Below, in pieces: positions 38,840 to 51,519 of a stretch of 64,000 nucleotides of DNA (positions are counted from its first letter, which is position 1; each line of letters begins with the position of its first letter). The stretch spans positions 93,806,001 to 93,870,000 of the forward strand of contig NC_043005.1 of assembly GCF_006345805.1 (NCBI RefSeq), in the 5' to 3' direction. This DNA comes from Octopus sinensis. Its lineage: Eukaryota. Both the position numbers and the translations under genes were made by a program. Under the pieces are notes generated by a model that did no database searches, was not told the DNA's origin, and was given only the letters and a program-made list of their open reading frames with translations.

Positions 38840-38949
38840 CTTGAGTCCCAGTTGTCAGTGCCTGTGTCATATTTATATGTTGGTCTAAAGGAAATGTCGC
38901 CTTCTGTAAAGCCTTTGAACACATCTGACTTTCCTAATTGTTTATAGAG
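38840..38949 (-). CDS. OCRL: OCRL-like exon (LYKQLGKSDVFKGFTEGDISFRPTYKYDTGTDNWDSS)
   Basis: tttcag acceptor, AG|gtaggg donor, 110 nt. FxEG and PTYKYD motifs. Confidence 0.96.
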
Positions 38950-39068
38950 CTGAAAATATCAGAACAAATGTAAGAAATCATAGAAAAAAAAAGAGAAGAA
39001 TATCAGCATCAATTGGAGAGGTGTTGCTCTTCCTTCTATTTTGACAACAGGAAAAACTAATGAAAATA

Positions 39069-39641
39069 CTCTTTACTCTTTTACTTGTTTCAGTCATTTG
39101 ACTGCGGCCATGCTGGAGCACCGCCTTTAGTCGAGCAAATCGACCCCAGGACTTATTCTTTTTCTAAGCCCAGTACTTATTCTATCGGTCTCTTTTTGCC
39201 GAACCGCTAAGTTACGGGGACGTAAACACACCAGCATCTGTTGTCAAGCAATGCTAGGGGAACAAACACAGACACACAAACACACATATATATATACGAC
39301 AGGCTTCTTTCAGTTTCCGTCTACCAAATCCACTCACAAGGCATTGGTCGGCCCGGGGCTATAGCAGAAGACACTTGCCCAAGATGCCACGCAGTGGGAC
39401 TGAACCCGGAACCATGTGGTTGGTTAGCAAGCTACTTACCACACAGCCACTCCTGCGCCTATATATATATATATACATATATACGACAGGCTTCTTTCAG
39501 TTTCCGTCTACCAAATCCACTCACAAGGCATTGGTCGGCCCGGGGCTATAGCAGAAGACACTTGCCCAAGATGCCACGCAGTGGTACTGAATCCGGAACC
39601 ATGTGGTTGGTTAGCAAGCTACTTACCACACAGCCACTCCT
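39069..39641 (-). mobile_element. tRNA-derived SINE with tandemly duplicated 5' half
   Basis: Full copy at 39069-39460 plus a second head at about 39477-39641, differing at about 2 positions. Confidence 0.9.
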
Positions 39642-39740
39642 ATTTACAATTTATTCTTAATTTTTTAGAATATTTTACAAACATGATAATCAGTATAAAG
39701 ATATTAAATTGGTATATAATTGATAATGGCTATAAAGATA

Positions 39741-42700
39741 TCATCATCATCATCATTTAACATCCGCTTTCCATGCCGGCATGGGTTGGATGGTTTGACT
39801 GAGGACTGTCAAGCCAGAAGGCTATACCAGGCTCCAATCTGATCTGGCAAGATTTCTACAGCTGGATGCCCTTCCTAACACCAACCATTCTGAGATTGTA
39901 GTGGGTACTTTTTACGTGCCACTGGCATGAGGGCCAGTCAGGCAGTACTGGCATTGATCATGACCATCAGTTCACTTGACTCAACAGAGCTTCTCAAGCA
40001 CAGTTTATTGCCCAATGATTGATGAGTACTCTTAAATGGGCCGGTTATGCTACATGGGCATAGGCAACAGTTACAGTCTCACTTGGCTTGCTGGGTCTTC
40101 TCATGTACAACATATCACCAAAGGTCTTAGTCGCTTGTCATTGCCTCCATGAGGCCCAATGTTTGAAGTTCATGCTTCACCACCTCATCCCAGGTCTTCC
40201 TGGGTCTACCTCTTCTACAGTTTCCCTCCACTGTTGGGGTGTGACACTTTTTCGTGCAGCTCTCCTCATCTACATGCAACACATGACCATACCAGCGCAG
40301 TCGTCTCTCTTGTACACCACTTATGTCCAACTTTTCTCTTAGGGCGCTTACACACTGTCGTGTATGCACACTGACATTACACATCCATCGGAGCATACTG
40401 GCTTCATTCCTTGTGAGCTTACGCATGTCCTCAACAGTCAATGCCCATGTTTCACTGCCATGTAGCATGGCTGTTTGCAGACATGCGTCATACAGTCTAC
40501 CTTTTACTCTGAGCGAGAGGCCCTTTGTCACCAGCAGAGGTAGGAGTTCTCTGAACTTTGCCCAGGATATTCTTATTCTAGCAGCTACACTTTCAGAGCA
40601 TCCACCCCCGCTGCTGACTTGGTCACCTAGGTAACAGGAGCTATCAACTACTTCTAGTTTTTCCCCTGGCATATGACGGAAGCTGTTTTCTGCACATTTT
40701 CAGTGAGCATTTGCCACACACAAAACCTATCTTCTCAGTTAGCCTTCCTTTGATGTTGCTGCACCTATGTGTCTATAGCTTGCACTAGGTACATCTTATG
40801 GAGTTTCTGCCTGAAGGGAGTTGTGATTTGTCTGCCTTCCTAATTACTAAGACCTTGGTTTTTGCTAGATTCACTGTAAGACCCTATGATTCTAGACCTT
40901 GCTTCCACACTTGAAACTTCTATTCTAGTTCTGATAGTGATTCAGCTATTAAAGCAAGGTCAACAGTATAGAGGAGCTCCCATGGGTATCCTATCTTGAA
41001 TTCCTCTGTTATTGGCTAGAGGACTATGATGAATAAGAGGACGCTGAGGACTGATCCTTGGTGGACGCCTACCCCTACCCAGAATTCTTCACTATACTCA
41101 TTGCCAACCCTCACCTTACTGACAGCATCCCTGTACATGGCTTGTACAACTCTCACTAATCACTCACCTATCCCTAGTTTCTGCACTGACCACTAGATAA
41201 GGGATTGGGGGACCCTGTAAAAGGTTTCCTCCATGTCAACAAAAGCCAAGTACAGAGGCTATAAAGATATCATCATCATCATCATTTAACATCCGCTTTC
41301 CATGCCGGCATGGGTTGGATGGTTTGACTGAGGACTGTCAAGCCAGAAGGCTATACAGAGGTTTATCTTTGGGTAGGTATTTCTCCTGCATCTGTTTTAA
41401 CAGAAATATAGCATCAGTGGTGCTTTTCTCTGGCACCTTGTCTAAACTAACTCTTTCCCTAATTAGTTGGGCTATGACCCTCTCTGAGACTTTCATTACC
41501 TGATCCAACAACTTGATACCTCTGTAATTATTCATATTTAATGCACTACCTTTACCTTTGTAGTAGTTGACCATGGTGCTATTACACAAGTCATTGGGTA
41601 TGACTCTATCATGTATCACCTGATTGACTATACGGGTAACTAGACTATAGCTAACACTCCCAGATATTTTAAGCATCTCAGCATAGGCGCAGGAGTGGCT
41701 GTGTGGTAAGTAGCTTGCTTACCACATGGCTCTGGGTTCAGTCCCACTGCGTGGCACCTTGGGCAAGTGTCTTCTACTATAGCCTCGGGCCAACCAAACA
41801 AAGCCTTGTGAGTGGATTTGGTAGACGGAAACTGAAAGAAGCCCGTTGTATATATGTATATATATATGTGTGAGTGTTTGTGTGTCTGTGTTTGTACCCC
41901 CCACCATCGCTTGACAACCGATGCTGGTGTGTTTACGTCCCCGTAACTTAGCGGTTCGGCAAAAGAGACCGATAGAATAAGTACTAGGCTTACAAAGAAT
42001 AAGTGCCGGGGTCGATTTGCTCGACTAAAGGCAGTGCTCCAGCATGGCCGTAGTCAAATGACTGAAACAAGTAAAAGAGTAAAGAGTGATTCCTGATGGG
42101 CCGGGGGGCTTTCCCTGTCTTCATACCCTTAACTGCTTTATCTACCGAGGTACTGTCAATTTGGATAGCTGGTCCCTTTGTTGGGTCGACATTTGGGAGA
42201 CTCTCTTTCTCCCATTCATTCTCTTCATTTAGCAACCTTTCATAGTGGTGTCTCCAAGTCTCTCTCTTTGCAGCCTCATTTAGCGCAAGTGAGCTATCAT
42301 GCATGCGGACACATTTCTCTCCTATGACATCATGATTCTCTCTCACATACTGTCTTACAACAAGAAACACTTCAAGTCTTTGGTCCTTACGATGCAGAAC
42401 ATTGGCAAATTGTTTCTTATCTGCTTTCCCTCTGGCTAAGTAAATCTGTCTCCTAGCTTCCATTCTGGCAATCTGATGCAGTTCCCTGCTACCACCATTC
42501 TTCCAGTCTTTTCATGCCAGTTTCTTTTCCCTAATGGCCTTATCAACTACATTGTTCCACCACCATGTTACCTTGGGTTGAGAGGAGACTTGGCACCATC
42601 CATAGATCTGGTCAGTGGCCTTCAACATTGTCCCGTAGAAACCTGCAGTTGTCTTCCACATCGTGTGATGCTGTATCCCCCTCTATTTCATCAAAAGCTT

Positions 42701-43020
42701 TGAGTAATACATCTCTAAATCTCTGTCCGTTCACAGGATCCTTAAGCTTCCAGACCCTTCTCCTCCATACCAGTCATCTTCTGGGCATCCATTTAGCCCT
42801 GATCCTGAAGTCACTAACTACTAACCTATGTTGTGGGGTGCATCTTTCCCATTTCCTGGTGAGGATGTAGTCAATCTGACTAGTGTATCCACCAGACCAG
42901 TAGGTGAATAGGTGACTGGTAGGTTTCCTGTAGTTAGTATTACAAAGCATAAGATCATTTGCATCAGAGGAGTCCAGCAGCCTAGTTCCCTCCTCATTGC
43001 AGGTACCCACCATCATTTCC
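39741..43020 (-). mobile_element. Long degenerate RTE-clade LINE (APE C-terminus, RT, 3' UTR, (GAT)n tail), interrupted by a SINE and a templated insertion
   Basis: EGTRLLD..CNTNYRK..SQIDYIL in 42774-43022. NYRGIKLL..STTDAIF in 41338-41676. SWAKFRELLPLL..GRPRKTW in 40127-40672. Tail at 39741-39756. Confidence 0.9.
41686..42087 (+). mobile_element. tRNA-derived SINE inserted into the RTE LINE
   Basis: Same family as 38101-38453. It splits the RTE motif KAPGPSGI|TAEMLKISG. Confidence 0.9.
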
Positions 43021-44248
43021 AACTTCCCTTGAAAACATATCTGGCCACGGGGAAATATTTCTTTGCAAGGAAACAGGGGAGAGTTGATGACAGGAAAGGC
43101 AATTGGCCACAGAAAATCTGCTTCAATAAATTGTGTGACTCATACAAGTATGGGAAAGTGGACAGTAAAACAATGGTGAGAATAAGTATGAAGATATTAC
43201 AACAAAAAGAACAGACTACAGTGGAGTACACACATGCCTATACACATTAAAGATTATATACAGGGACCTTGTATATAGTCACTCGACCTGGTAGAAATAG
43301 TAGCTGTATCTCCTTCTAATCACATCCCACCATCATGAAAAAGAGGGAATTACATTAGATAATGGAGTCGTTTGATAACCGAAATGATATTGTCCTGACT
43401 GGAATGCCATTGATCACAGGTTTGCTTGATCAGAATACAAGCATGGTTAAGAAGTCCAGTTGACAACCATATGGCTTCAGTTTGGATGTCATTGTGTGGC
43501 GCTTTGGACAAGCATTAGTTATTGCAACTCCTGTTCCAGCAGGATTTGGTGTCTGCATCAAGTGCCAAAAGCAAGGACATCCTGATTTGTTGATCATCAC
43601 AACAGTATGGCTTACTTGGTCAGGTAACTCACCTGATCCGGACACCAGAGCAAGAGAATCAATGAAGTAGAGTAAGAAAAGAAAATGATTAACTTGTGTC
43701 CGAGTAATCAGTTATTGAGATGACCCGTGATTCCATGACATCTGAGCATCCTCAGGATGTATTCCAGAGAAACCAAAGGAATTCCAGCCAAGTCCTAACC
43801 AAAATTCTGTAATTATCCATTTTTTTTAATCAATTTGTTCTAATATAATGATATGTTTTGGATGTCAGGTACCGCATTCTAATGTTTAGGAAGATTGGAT
43901 TTTTAATGATTTTTGTACAGAAATGATGCAGTTGTTATCATCATCATCATCTTAACATCCACTTTTCCATTCTTGCATCAGTCAGATGGAATTTACTGAG
44001 GAAAATTTTCTACAGTCAGATGCCTTTCCTATCACCAACCCTCCCTGGTTTTCAAGTAAGCTAATACTTACCAATGGCCAGACTTTGTTTATGCAGAATA
44101 TTGGAAATGAATGATGCATGACAGTGACATTTGTTTACAACTCGTGTGTGATGTGAATCGTTAATATCCTGATTGTGTCTTACTTGATAGTGATATGTAG
44201 ATGATTTATGATACCGATACCAACTTGAGTGAAGTGAATGATACGAAC

Positions 44249-44360
44249 CTGATCATAAGGAAAAAGTTTGGAGTAAACTTTGCTATCAATATATTTCTTC
44301 ACATCATTAATATCAATTTCTGATAAACGGTAGTTTAAATCACCAATCCAAAAGATAACT
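44249..44360 (-). CDS. OCRL: OCRL-like exon (VIFWIGDLNYRLSEIDINDVKKYIDSKVYSKLFPYDQ)
   Basis: ttctag acceptor, CAG|gttcgt donor, 112 nt. Catalytic signature WxGDLNYR. Confidence 0.96.
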
Positions 44361-46387
44361 CTAGAAAAAAAAGGTAAGAAAAGGAGTGAAATTATTTTAT
44401 TTGTTGATATTTCATATGCTTAAATTACAGAAGAGAAAAATGAGAAGTTGCTAAACTCAAGTGAAAATGATATTAGCCTCACAGCTGAAAATTAACAAGT
44501 TTCTATTCTACTATTGACACAGTCTTCATTAACATTAATCATGTCTAGTTTCGTCTATTTGACAACAAAGCAAATAAGACCCCCCCCCCCTCCCCCAACT
44601 AAAGGCGTAAATAAGATTCTGTCAGTGCTGTAGACTGATATAACATTGAGGTCTTATAATCTCTGCAAAATATTCCTTTCCATGCTGACAAGGATGGGCT
44701 ATTATGGTTTGAGTTTTTTATTCAGAATTAACTGCCCTGCTAAATAGAAAATTACAAGACATCTCGTTATGTTTTGTTTTGTTTTTTTGCATGGTTTCTA
44801 TGACTAGATGTCCTTCTTCATTCTAACCTATTTTACAGAGTATGCCAGGTGTATTTTATCCTAGCACTAGATTCAGTTGTAAGTACTAGGTCAACAGCTT
44901 ACAAAGTTTCCCGTGGGCAGTCAATCTCAAACACTTCTGTTACATCTAACAGGACTATAATAAGCTGGTGGGGAATGGGACTGTACCTTTATGGGTCCCT
45001 TCCCTACAGAACTCATTGCAGACCCTCTCATCATTCAGAGTGCACCTCTGTGCTTGGCTTATGTAAGTCATTTATTTACACCTAGTTTCCTTAGCAACTA
45101 TCAGACTACAGAACCTGGTCAAAGATCATCTCTAGGTTGAGGAATGCTACATGTAGGAACTTAGTCCTGGCTAAAATACTTGCAAAATTGTCTCAGTAGA
45201 AAAACGGCATCTGTGGTACTTTCTTGGCATAGAGCTAAACTGCATCTCATCTGAGCTAATTCTCTCCCTAACCGCTTGCACGATAACTCTTTCCTTAACT
45301 TTCATAACCTGGCCTATTGACATAATGTCTCTGTATTGCCCTTTCTCTAATGTCTCTCCCTTATTCTCAAACCAGTTGATGAGGATACTGTGATGCCAGT
45401 CATTGTATAATGACACCTTCTTCTATTACCTAAGTTATTACTCCTCACAACAGAATGCCGAGATAAGAAGTCCTGATAATGAAGTGCATCAGGACTGTTC
45501 ATATCTGATAGACTCCACTATACCATTAGTCATCATTCTATCTACTTCAGGTCATTTACTCATTATTGACACACATCAGTATCTTACCATCATCCATATT
45601 TAAAACTATCATTCTGTCTCTCTCTCTCACCATCAAACATGTGGCTACTATCATCACCTGTCTTCTGTTGTTCCCTGCCATTAATGTCTCTTTCTTTCCT
45701 CTCTCTCCAGCACTATCTCTTTAGTTCCTTCTCTAATATCCTCCCACCCTCATCTACACTTCTTCCACCCGCCTACCCTAGTTCATCATCTACCTCCACC
45801 CTCTCTCCCAGTCATCCTCTTAGCCTACTTCATTGAATGAATGGAGGCATTTTAGAGCATTGGGGGCTCTTTTGTCTCTTGACAGATAAGGAAATTGTGT
45901 TGCTGCCATGGTAATATACACCCAGTACACTCTGTAATGAGTGGACTGGCAAATGAATTGAGACAACTGATCCGTAAGAACCCATTCATCTCGTGCCAGA
46001 ATGGACAGTGGATAGAAACCTTAATGATGATGAAAATTACAGTACTATCTACTCTAGTGTAACCTTTATAAATGAATGAACCAGTTGGTTCAAATGAGGG
46101 AAACATATGTAAGCCTAAAATAATAATGGAAAATCAATCGCAGTAGAAGACATCTATGGTTGCTGTTGGAAAGTCATGCTCTCATGTTTTTGGCTGTGTT
46201 TTATCTTTTGTAAAGAATCAATGTGTCTGTGATGGGATCCCTTTTGGTGGGACATCGGAGGGGAATGAAAAACCCATAAAACAAAAAGATACGAATTAAG
46301 AACGAAAAACAAGTGATAGAAAAACAGAAAAAGACAGAGATGGGCAATATAGAAAAAGAGAGAATGTGAATAAAACAGTTTATATAC

Positions 46388-46458
46388 TCATGGTCGTGCA
46401 TAGTAAGGTGAGGAAGAAACTGTCGGAATCGGAGGCGGCTGACAATATCTCTGTAGTC
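46388..46458 (-). CDS. OCRL: OCRL-like exon (DYRDIVSRLRFRQFLPHLTMHDHE)
   Basis: tttctag acceptor, GA|gtatat donor, 71 nt. Completes RRNQ-DY and phase-matches the next exon. Confidence 0.93.
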
Positions 46459-46499
46459 CTAGAAAGAAATAATAATAATAATAATCACAATAAATACAA

Positions 46500-47760
46500 A
46501 ACAGTTTTGTAAAACAGTTCAGTGATGACATCAGGAAGGAATTTGGCCTTGATAAATGTGCAAAAGCTACCTTTATCAGAGGGAAAATGACAGATACATC
46601 CAATGTTAAACTTGACAGTTTCAATATTGTAAACTGGTCAATTACTGAAAGCTGGAATCTTGATAGAAAAATTTGAAAATTGTTGACAATGAATATAATG
46701 CACCACCTTAAGGTAGATATAGAATGATATAACTTGCCAAGAAAAGAGGGTAGCTGTGAACTCTTGCAACTTAAATTGACACTGAAGATTGCCAGAATTG
46801 TCCTAAACACTTACCTGAAAAACTCTGATGACTGGATGCTAAAACTTGTCTTAAAGTACGGAAACAAGAAAATCGCATACTCAGTAGCAAAACAGGTAAG
46901 GAAATATCTAAGTGAATTCCAAATACAGCAAGTCCCAGGATTAGATATACTGGAAACAAGCACAGAAAAGCTAAGTATGAAAACCCTTGCTTAAAGTGCT
47001 ACCTTAGATATTTTCACTGATAAATGGAAAGAAAAGTCTCTCAATGGCAAATATCCAAAGAGAGTTAATAATGCTGATATTGACAAAACCCTTACCCATC
47101 ATTGGTTGGCATCTTCTGCCTTAAAATCAGAGACATAAGGGTTTATCATAGTAACCCAGGATCAATGCCTACCTACAAAGAAGCTATCAGGCTAACATGT
47201 CATGTATGTTAACAACAAGCTGAAACCATCAATCATATTGTCTCCATGTGCAGCCTTCTTGTACCCACAGAGTATTTTAACAGGCATGATAGAGCGGCAC
47301 AGTATATTCACTGGATAATCTGCAAGGAGCTGGACCTGCCACATGATAAAAACTGGAGGGAACACAAACCACTTTCAGCGCTTGAAAATGATCACATCTC
47401 ACTCCTTTGGAACTTTACTGTTCAAACTGACAGAAAGAAAGATGCAAATAGGCCAGACTGAAGGATTTCAAACAAAGATCACGCCTCCTCATTGTTCCAA
47501 TTGATGTACCTGTCAAGACCAACCAAAAACTGAGCAAATATAAAGATCTTGAAATAGAAATTGGCAAAATGTGGAATCTCAAGACTAGAACAATACCTAT
47601 TGTCATAGGCACTCTAGGGATGATAACAAAAAAGGGCTGAAAGTTCCCTATCACAGATACCAGGAAATCTCAAAAGGGAAGAAATTTAAAAGATAGTGCC
47701 TATGGGAACTGCTCATATCCTATGAAAAATAATGTCTATGTAATCCCCAAAACATTTTAA
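46500..47760 (+). mobile_element. R4/Dong-like (restriction-like endonuclease) non-LTR retrotransposon remnant
   Basis: VKQFSDDIRKEFGLDKCAK, ETINHIVSMC..RHDRAAQYIHW, LWNFTVQTDRK..NRPD, KLSKYKDLEIEI..IPIVIG.LG. Frameshifted. Confidence 0.85.
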
Positions 47761-47879
47761 TTTGTAAATACTGTCAAAAGTAATTTTAAATGTACATAAT
47801 AGCAAATACCTTTTACTGTCATCTTAAGATCACACTATCATCATCAAATTACTTTTAAAACAAATTTTTAATTTTCTCA

Positions 47880-48260
47880 TGTTTTGACAGACACCCACTC
47901 TGTGCAAAACCAAACATTTGGCACCCTAGTCATAACACCAACTTGAACTTCTAACCAGTTGTCTCTTGAGGTCTCTGGATGAGACTTGGTGTCAACTTGT
48001 ATAAATACAAAGCAAAGGAATTTGAAAAACTGTTGAAATATAAGGAGATTAAGATCTCTAGGGTGTGGCAATTAAAAACCAAAACCATCCCTGTTATTGT
48101 AGGTGCACTGGGAATGACCAAGAAAAGTAAAACAAATTTTTTGACTAGATTCCTGGGAAACCAACAATCTATGAGACTCAAAGAATTGGGTTGGCATCAA
48201 CCACCCACATTCTCAGGAAGTTTCTTGGCATCTAATGCCTTAGGTCACTGGTTGAGACTG
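47880..48260 (+). mobile_element. Second R4/Dong-like 3' fragment
   Basis: KLLKYKEIKISRVWQLKTKTIPVIVGALG in ORF 47979-48278. (TAA)n follows at 48300. Confidence 0.75.
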
Positions 48261-48479
48261 GATCAGAAGATGAAATAAAATGCAATTCAACTGGAAAATG
48301 ATAATAATAATAATTTCTACAATAGGCATAGAGCCTGAAATTTGGAGAGAAGGGCTTAACTGATTACATCAACCCCAGTGCTCAGCTAGTACTTATTTTA
48401 TTGATCCTGAAAGAGTTAGAGGCAAAGACAACCTCAGTGGTATTTTAATGCAGAAGAAGTACTGCTAAGTATTTTGTGT

Positions 48480-49080
48480 CTAGTGTGCAAACAATTCTAC
48501 CAGTTTGCTATGAGGAGAACAACCTGGGATGATACATCAGACAGCAGCATGAATCATTGCTTGCTGCCATTAGAAATAATAACACGAAACCTACTGAAAA
48601 TGCGACACATCCTAAAACATTTAAGAAACAAGATGAAGAACAATAAGAAAATGAAAACAATGCATGGAAAATAGCGCAGAAAAATTGAAAGGAAAGACAA
48701 GACCAACACACCTGGAGATGACTAAGAGAAAGTGATCTGAAAGGATGCACTGAAGTACTGATATGCAGCATCCAAGGACAAATCCTGAGAACTAATTACA
48801 CAAAGTTCCAAGTATATAAAAGCAGTGAATCATCCCATTATTGAATGTGTGGCAGCAAAAACGAAACAATCTTACATACTGTGAGTGAAGGTAGGAAGCT
48901 GGCCCAAAAACACTACAAAAGGAGGCATGATAATGTGGCTAAGTTTATTCACCGAGACTGTGTGAAAAGTACGGTGTGGGCAGAGCAAAGAAATGAACCA
49001 GAGGGTGCCACTGAGAACAATGAATACAAGGCCCTGTGGGATTTTACAATCCAATGTGACTCCCTAATTGATGCTCAGTA
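48480..49080 (+). mobile_element. Third R4/Dong-like fragment
   Basis: CGSKNETILHTVS..YKRRHDNVAKFIH..LWDFTIQCD in ORF 48845-49192. Confidence 0.8.
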
Positions 49081-49978
49081 TTATACAAGAAATTTAATCA
49101 TCTTGAGTATTATCATCATTGTTGTAAAGTGGGTTCCTCTCACTGGTATGATGTGTGACTACCATTGTACTGTTGTTGTTGTTTTATGCTAGTAGCCACA
49201 ATAGTTACTAGTCATTGGATACCATTGTATCTCTCAGTAGTGGAATAGTAATACACTAACTTTATCTGTCTTACTATCGCTGGTAACTCCGCAAGACACC
49301 GACTAGAACCATTGACTCTTGATGACCAGCCATTGGTTTATTTATAATGGCTTCCTCAATATTACAACAATCATCATCAAATTTCTTGTATAATATTCAA
49401 GAAAATATGTAGTCAAGCAAACTACATCATGAGAGAGAGCCATTTAATATCACACAAACTTGTTAAATTCATTTTACAAAAGTCAGCAATGAGTATAGCA
49501 ATGAATTGAGTGTGCAGGTAGGAGTTCACCAAGGATCATTTCTCAGCTCTGTCTTTTTTTATCAAAGTCTTTCAGGCCATAACAGTGGAATTTGAAACTG
49601 ATTATCCATGGGAGCTCCTTTATGCTGATGACTGACCTTATAGCTAAATCTATTGTAGAATTTGAGAAATTTCAGGTGTAGAAGCAAGGACTGCATTTAA
49701 AGGGCCTCAGAATTCTTTTTAGGGAAATGGTCCTGCTCGACATGTCGAAAAGGTAGCTATAGAAATACCATTCAATGTATCTAATGCAAGCTGGCAGGTG
49801 TGTGGGAACTATAAATACTAAGAACACACAGGAAATAGATTTTCCTCTAAAGCTCAAGGATTTCCTTAGAGGTAGTAGATAGTTTCCATAACCTACGTGA
49901 CCAAACCTACAGGCTCTGAAAGCGTAGCCGTTAGAAGAACACTTATTACTGTCTTCATATTTTCATAATAAACCTTAC

Positions 49979-50086
49979 CTGGTTTCTCCGTTCAAATTCT
50001 TCCTGATGGGCAGCCAAGTGAGAATTTATGAAACACAATGAAGTGTTATGAATTGTCATTCTCACAGCCACTCCTCCTTTGTTGCC
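49979..50086 (-). CDS. OCRL: OCRL-like exon ([36 protein letters not shown])
   Basis: tttgcag acceptor, CAG|gtaagg donor, 108 nt. GNKGG, NSHLAAH and RRNQ 5-phosphatase motifs. Confidence 0.97.
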
Positions 50087-50160
50087 CTGCAAAAGCAGAA
50101 AAGAAATAGCATTAGACTTCAGTACATTCTGAACATTCTCATGATAGATACACTACACCA

Positions 50161-50610
50161 CCCTTTAACATTTAAACTGGTCGAGGCGCAATGGCCTAGT
50201 GGTTAGGGCAGCGGACTTGCGGTCGGAGGATCGCGGTTTCGATTCCCAGACCGGGCGTTGTGTGTGTTTATTGAGCGAAAAAAAACACCTAAAAAGCTCC
50301 ACGAGGCTCCGGCGGGATGTGGTGATCCCTGCTGTACTCTTTCACCACTCTAAAGGCGGTGCTCCAGCATGGCCGCAGTCAAATGACTGAAACAAGTACA
50401 AAAAAAAAAAAAAAAAATATCTGGCCCATATATTCTGTTTTCTGTTCCAACTGACCAGATCTGGTCTCTCATACTTGCACTACAATGTCATTCAAATATT
50501 AAACAATCACAACATTGACATCTCAAAGATACAAGATAATGCATGATTAATTCAAAACAATATGAATAAATAAGCATTACATTTGACAGAGGAATCTGAA
50601 TGTTAAAGGG
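50161..50610. mobile_element. piggyBac-like MITE carrying a nested SINE
   Basis: Perfect 12-bp TIRs CCCTTTAACATT (50161-50172) and AATGTTAAAGGG (50599-50610). TTAA at 50611-50614; the left TTAA is not preserved. Confidence 0.75.
50181..50417 (+). mobile_element. Second tRNA-headed SINE family with poly(A) tail
   Basis: Head GGCGCAATGGCCTAGTGGTTAG..GGTTTCGATTCCC, a different body, the same ggcggtgctccagcatggccgcagtcaaatgactg tail, then an A run. Confidence 0.85.
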
Positions 50611-51519
50611 TTAAGGGGAAATATATTAAGAAAAACAGAATTTAGGTCCTCAAGTGTTGAATACTCAAGTAGAAAAGCAAGATTAGTTTTAAAATGTAAT
50701 ATTTTAGTTTCTTACCAGAAACTAAAATATTACATATCTCGTATAAAGCCTTCTCCTTTTTTATTATACTTTCACTTAATTGAAGGGTTTTTTTCTTTAA
50801 CTTGCAAGTTACTTGGTGACCCCCATAGTGCCAGTGTCACAAACAAAAGCACCCAGTAGACTTTTTAAAGTGGTTGGCATTAGGAAGGGCAGCCAGTCAT
50901 AGAAACCATACTAAAGTAGACATTGAAGCTGGACATCCAACCATGCCAGCATGTTGAATGATGACTTGAAAGCAATCGTATTTCTCAAACCAACTCTATC
51001 CTACAAAATAGCAAAATACTTAAATTTATTTGAAATAAATTACAAATTCAATTAACTGTACAACCTAGTGTATTATTATTCTAACAAAACATTTAGATGA
51101 TCATATAAGCCAACACAATAAACTCACCAACACTTGCTCCTTGAAGGTTTGCTCAGGTGCCCCATCACTATCATCTTCCCAGCTATTGTCAGCTACCCTT
51201 ATATAATGCAAGGTAGCTTTGCATGTTCTCTATTGTGTGTCATACCTCTGCTTGTCCCTAGCATAAAGCCACCCCTCCCCTCTCTCAAATATCACCATTT
51301 TAGTTGAGGAGTCCTTTTCCCTTTTCTTGTAAGTTGCTGGCGTCATGTAAAAAAGCACCCAGTTCACATTGTAAAGTAGTTGGCATTAGGAAAGACATCT
51401 GGCCATAGAAACTATGCCAAAGCTGACTTGGAACATGATGCAGTCCTATGGCATCACGGGTTGGATGTTAAAATGTGCAACCCCATACAAGCAAGGATGA
51501 TGACGACTGCATGTCTAGA

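Noticed and set aside
50185-50260. tRNA gene
   Set aside because: A and B boxes are present, but the acceptor and anticodon stems do not pair well and the sequence continues into a SINE body and tail.
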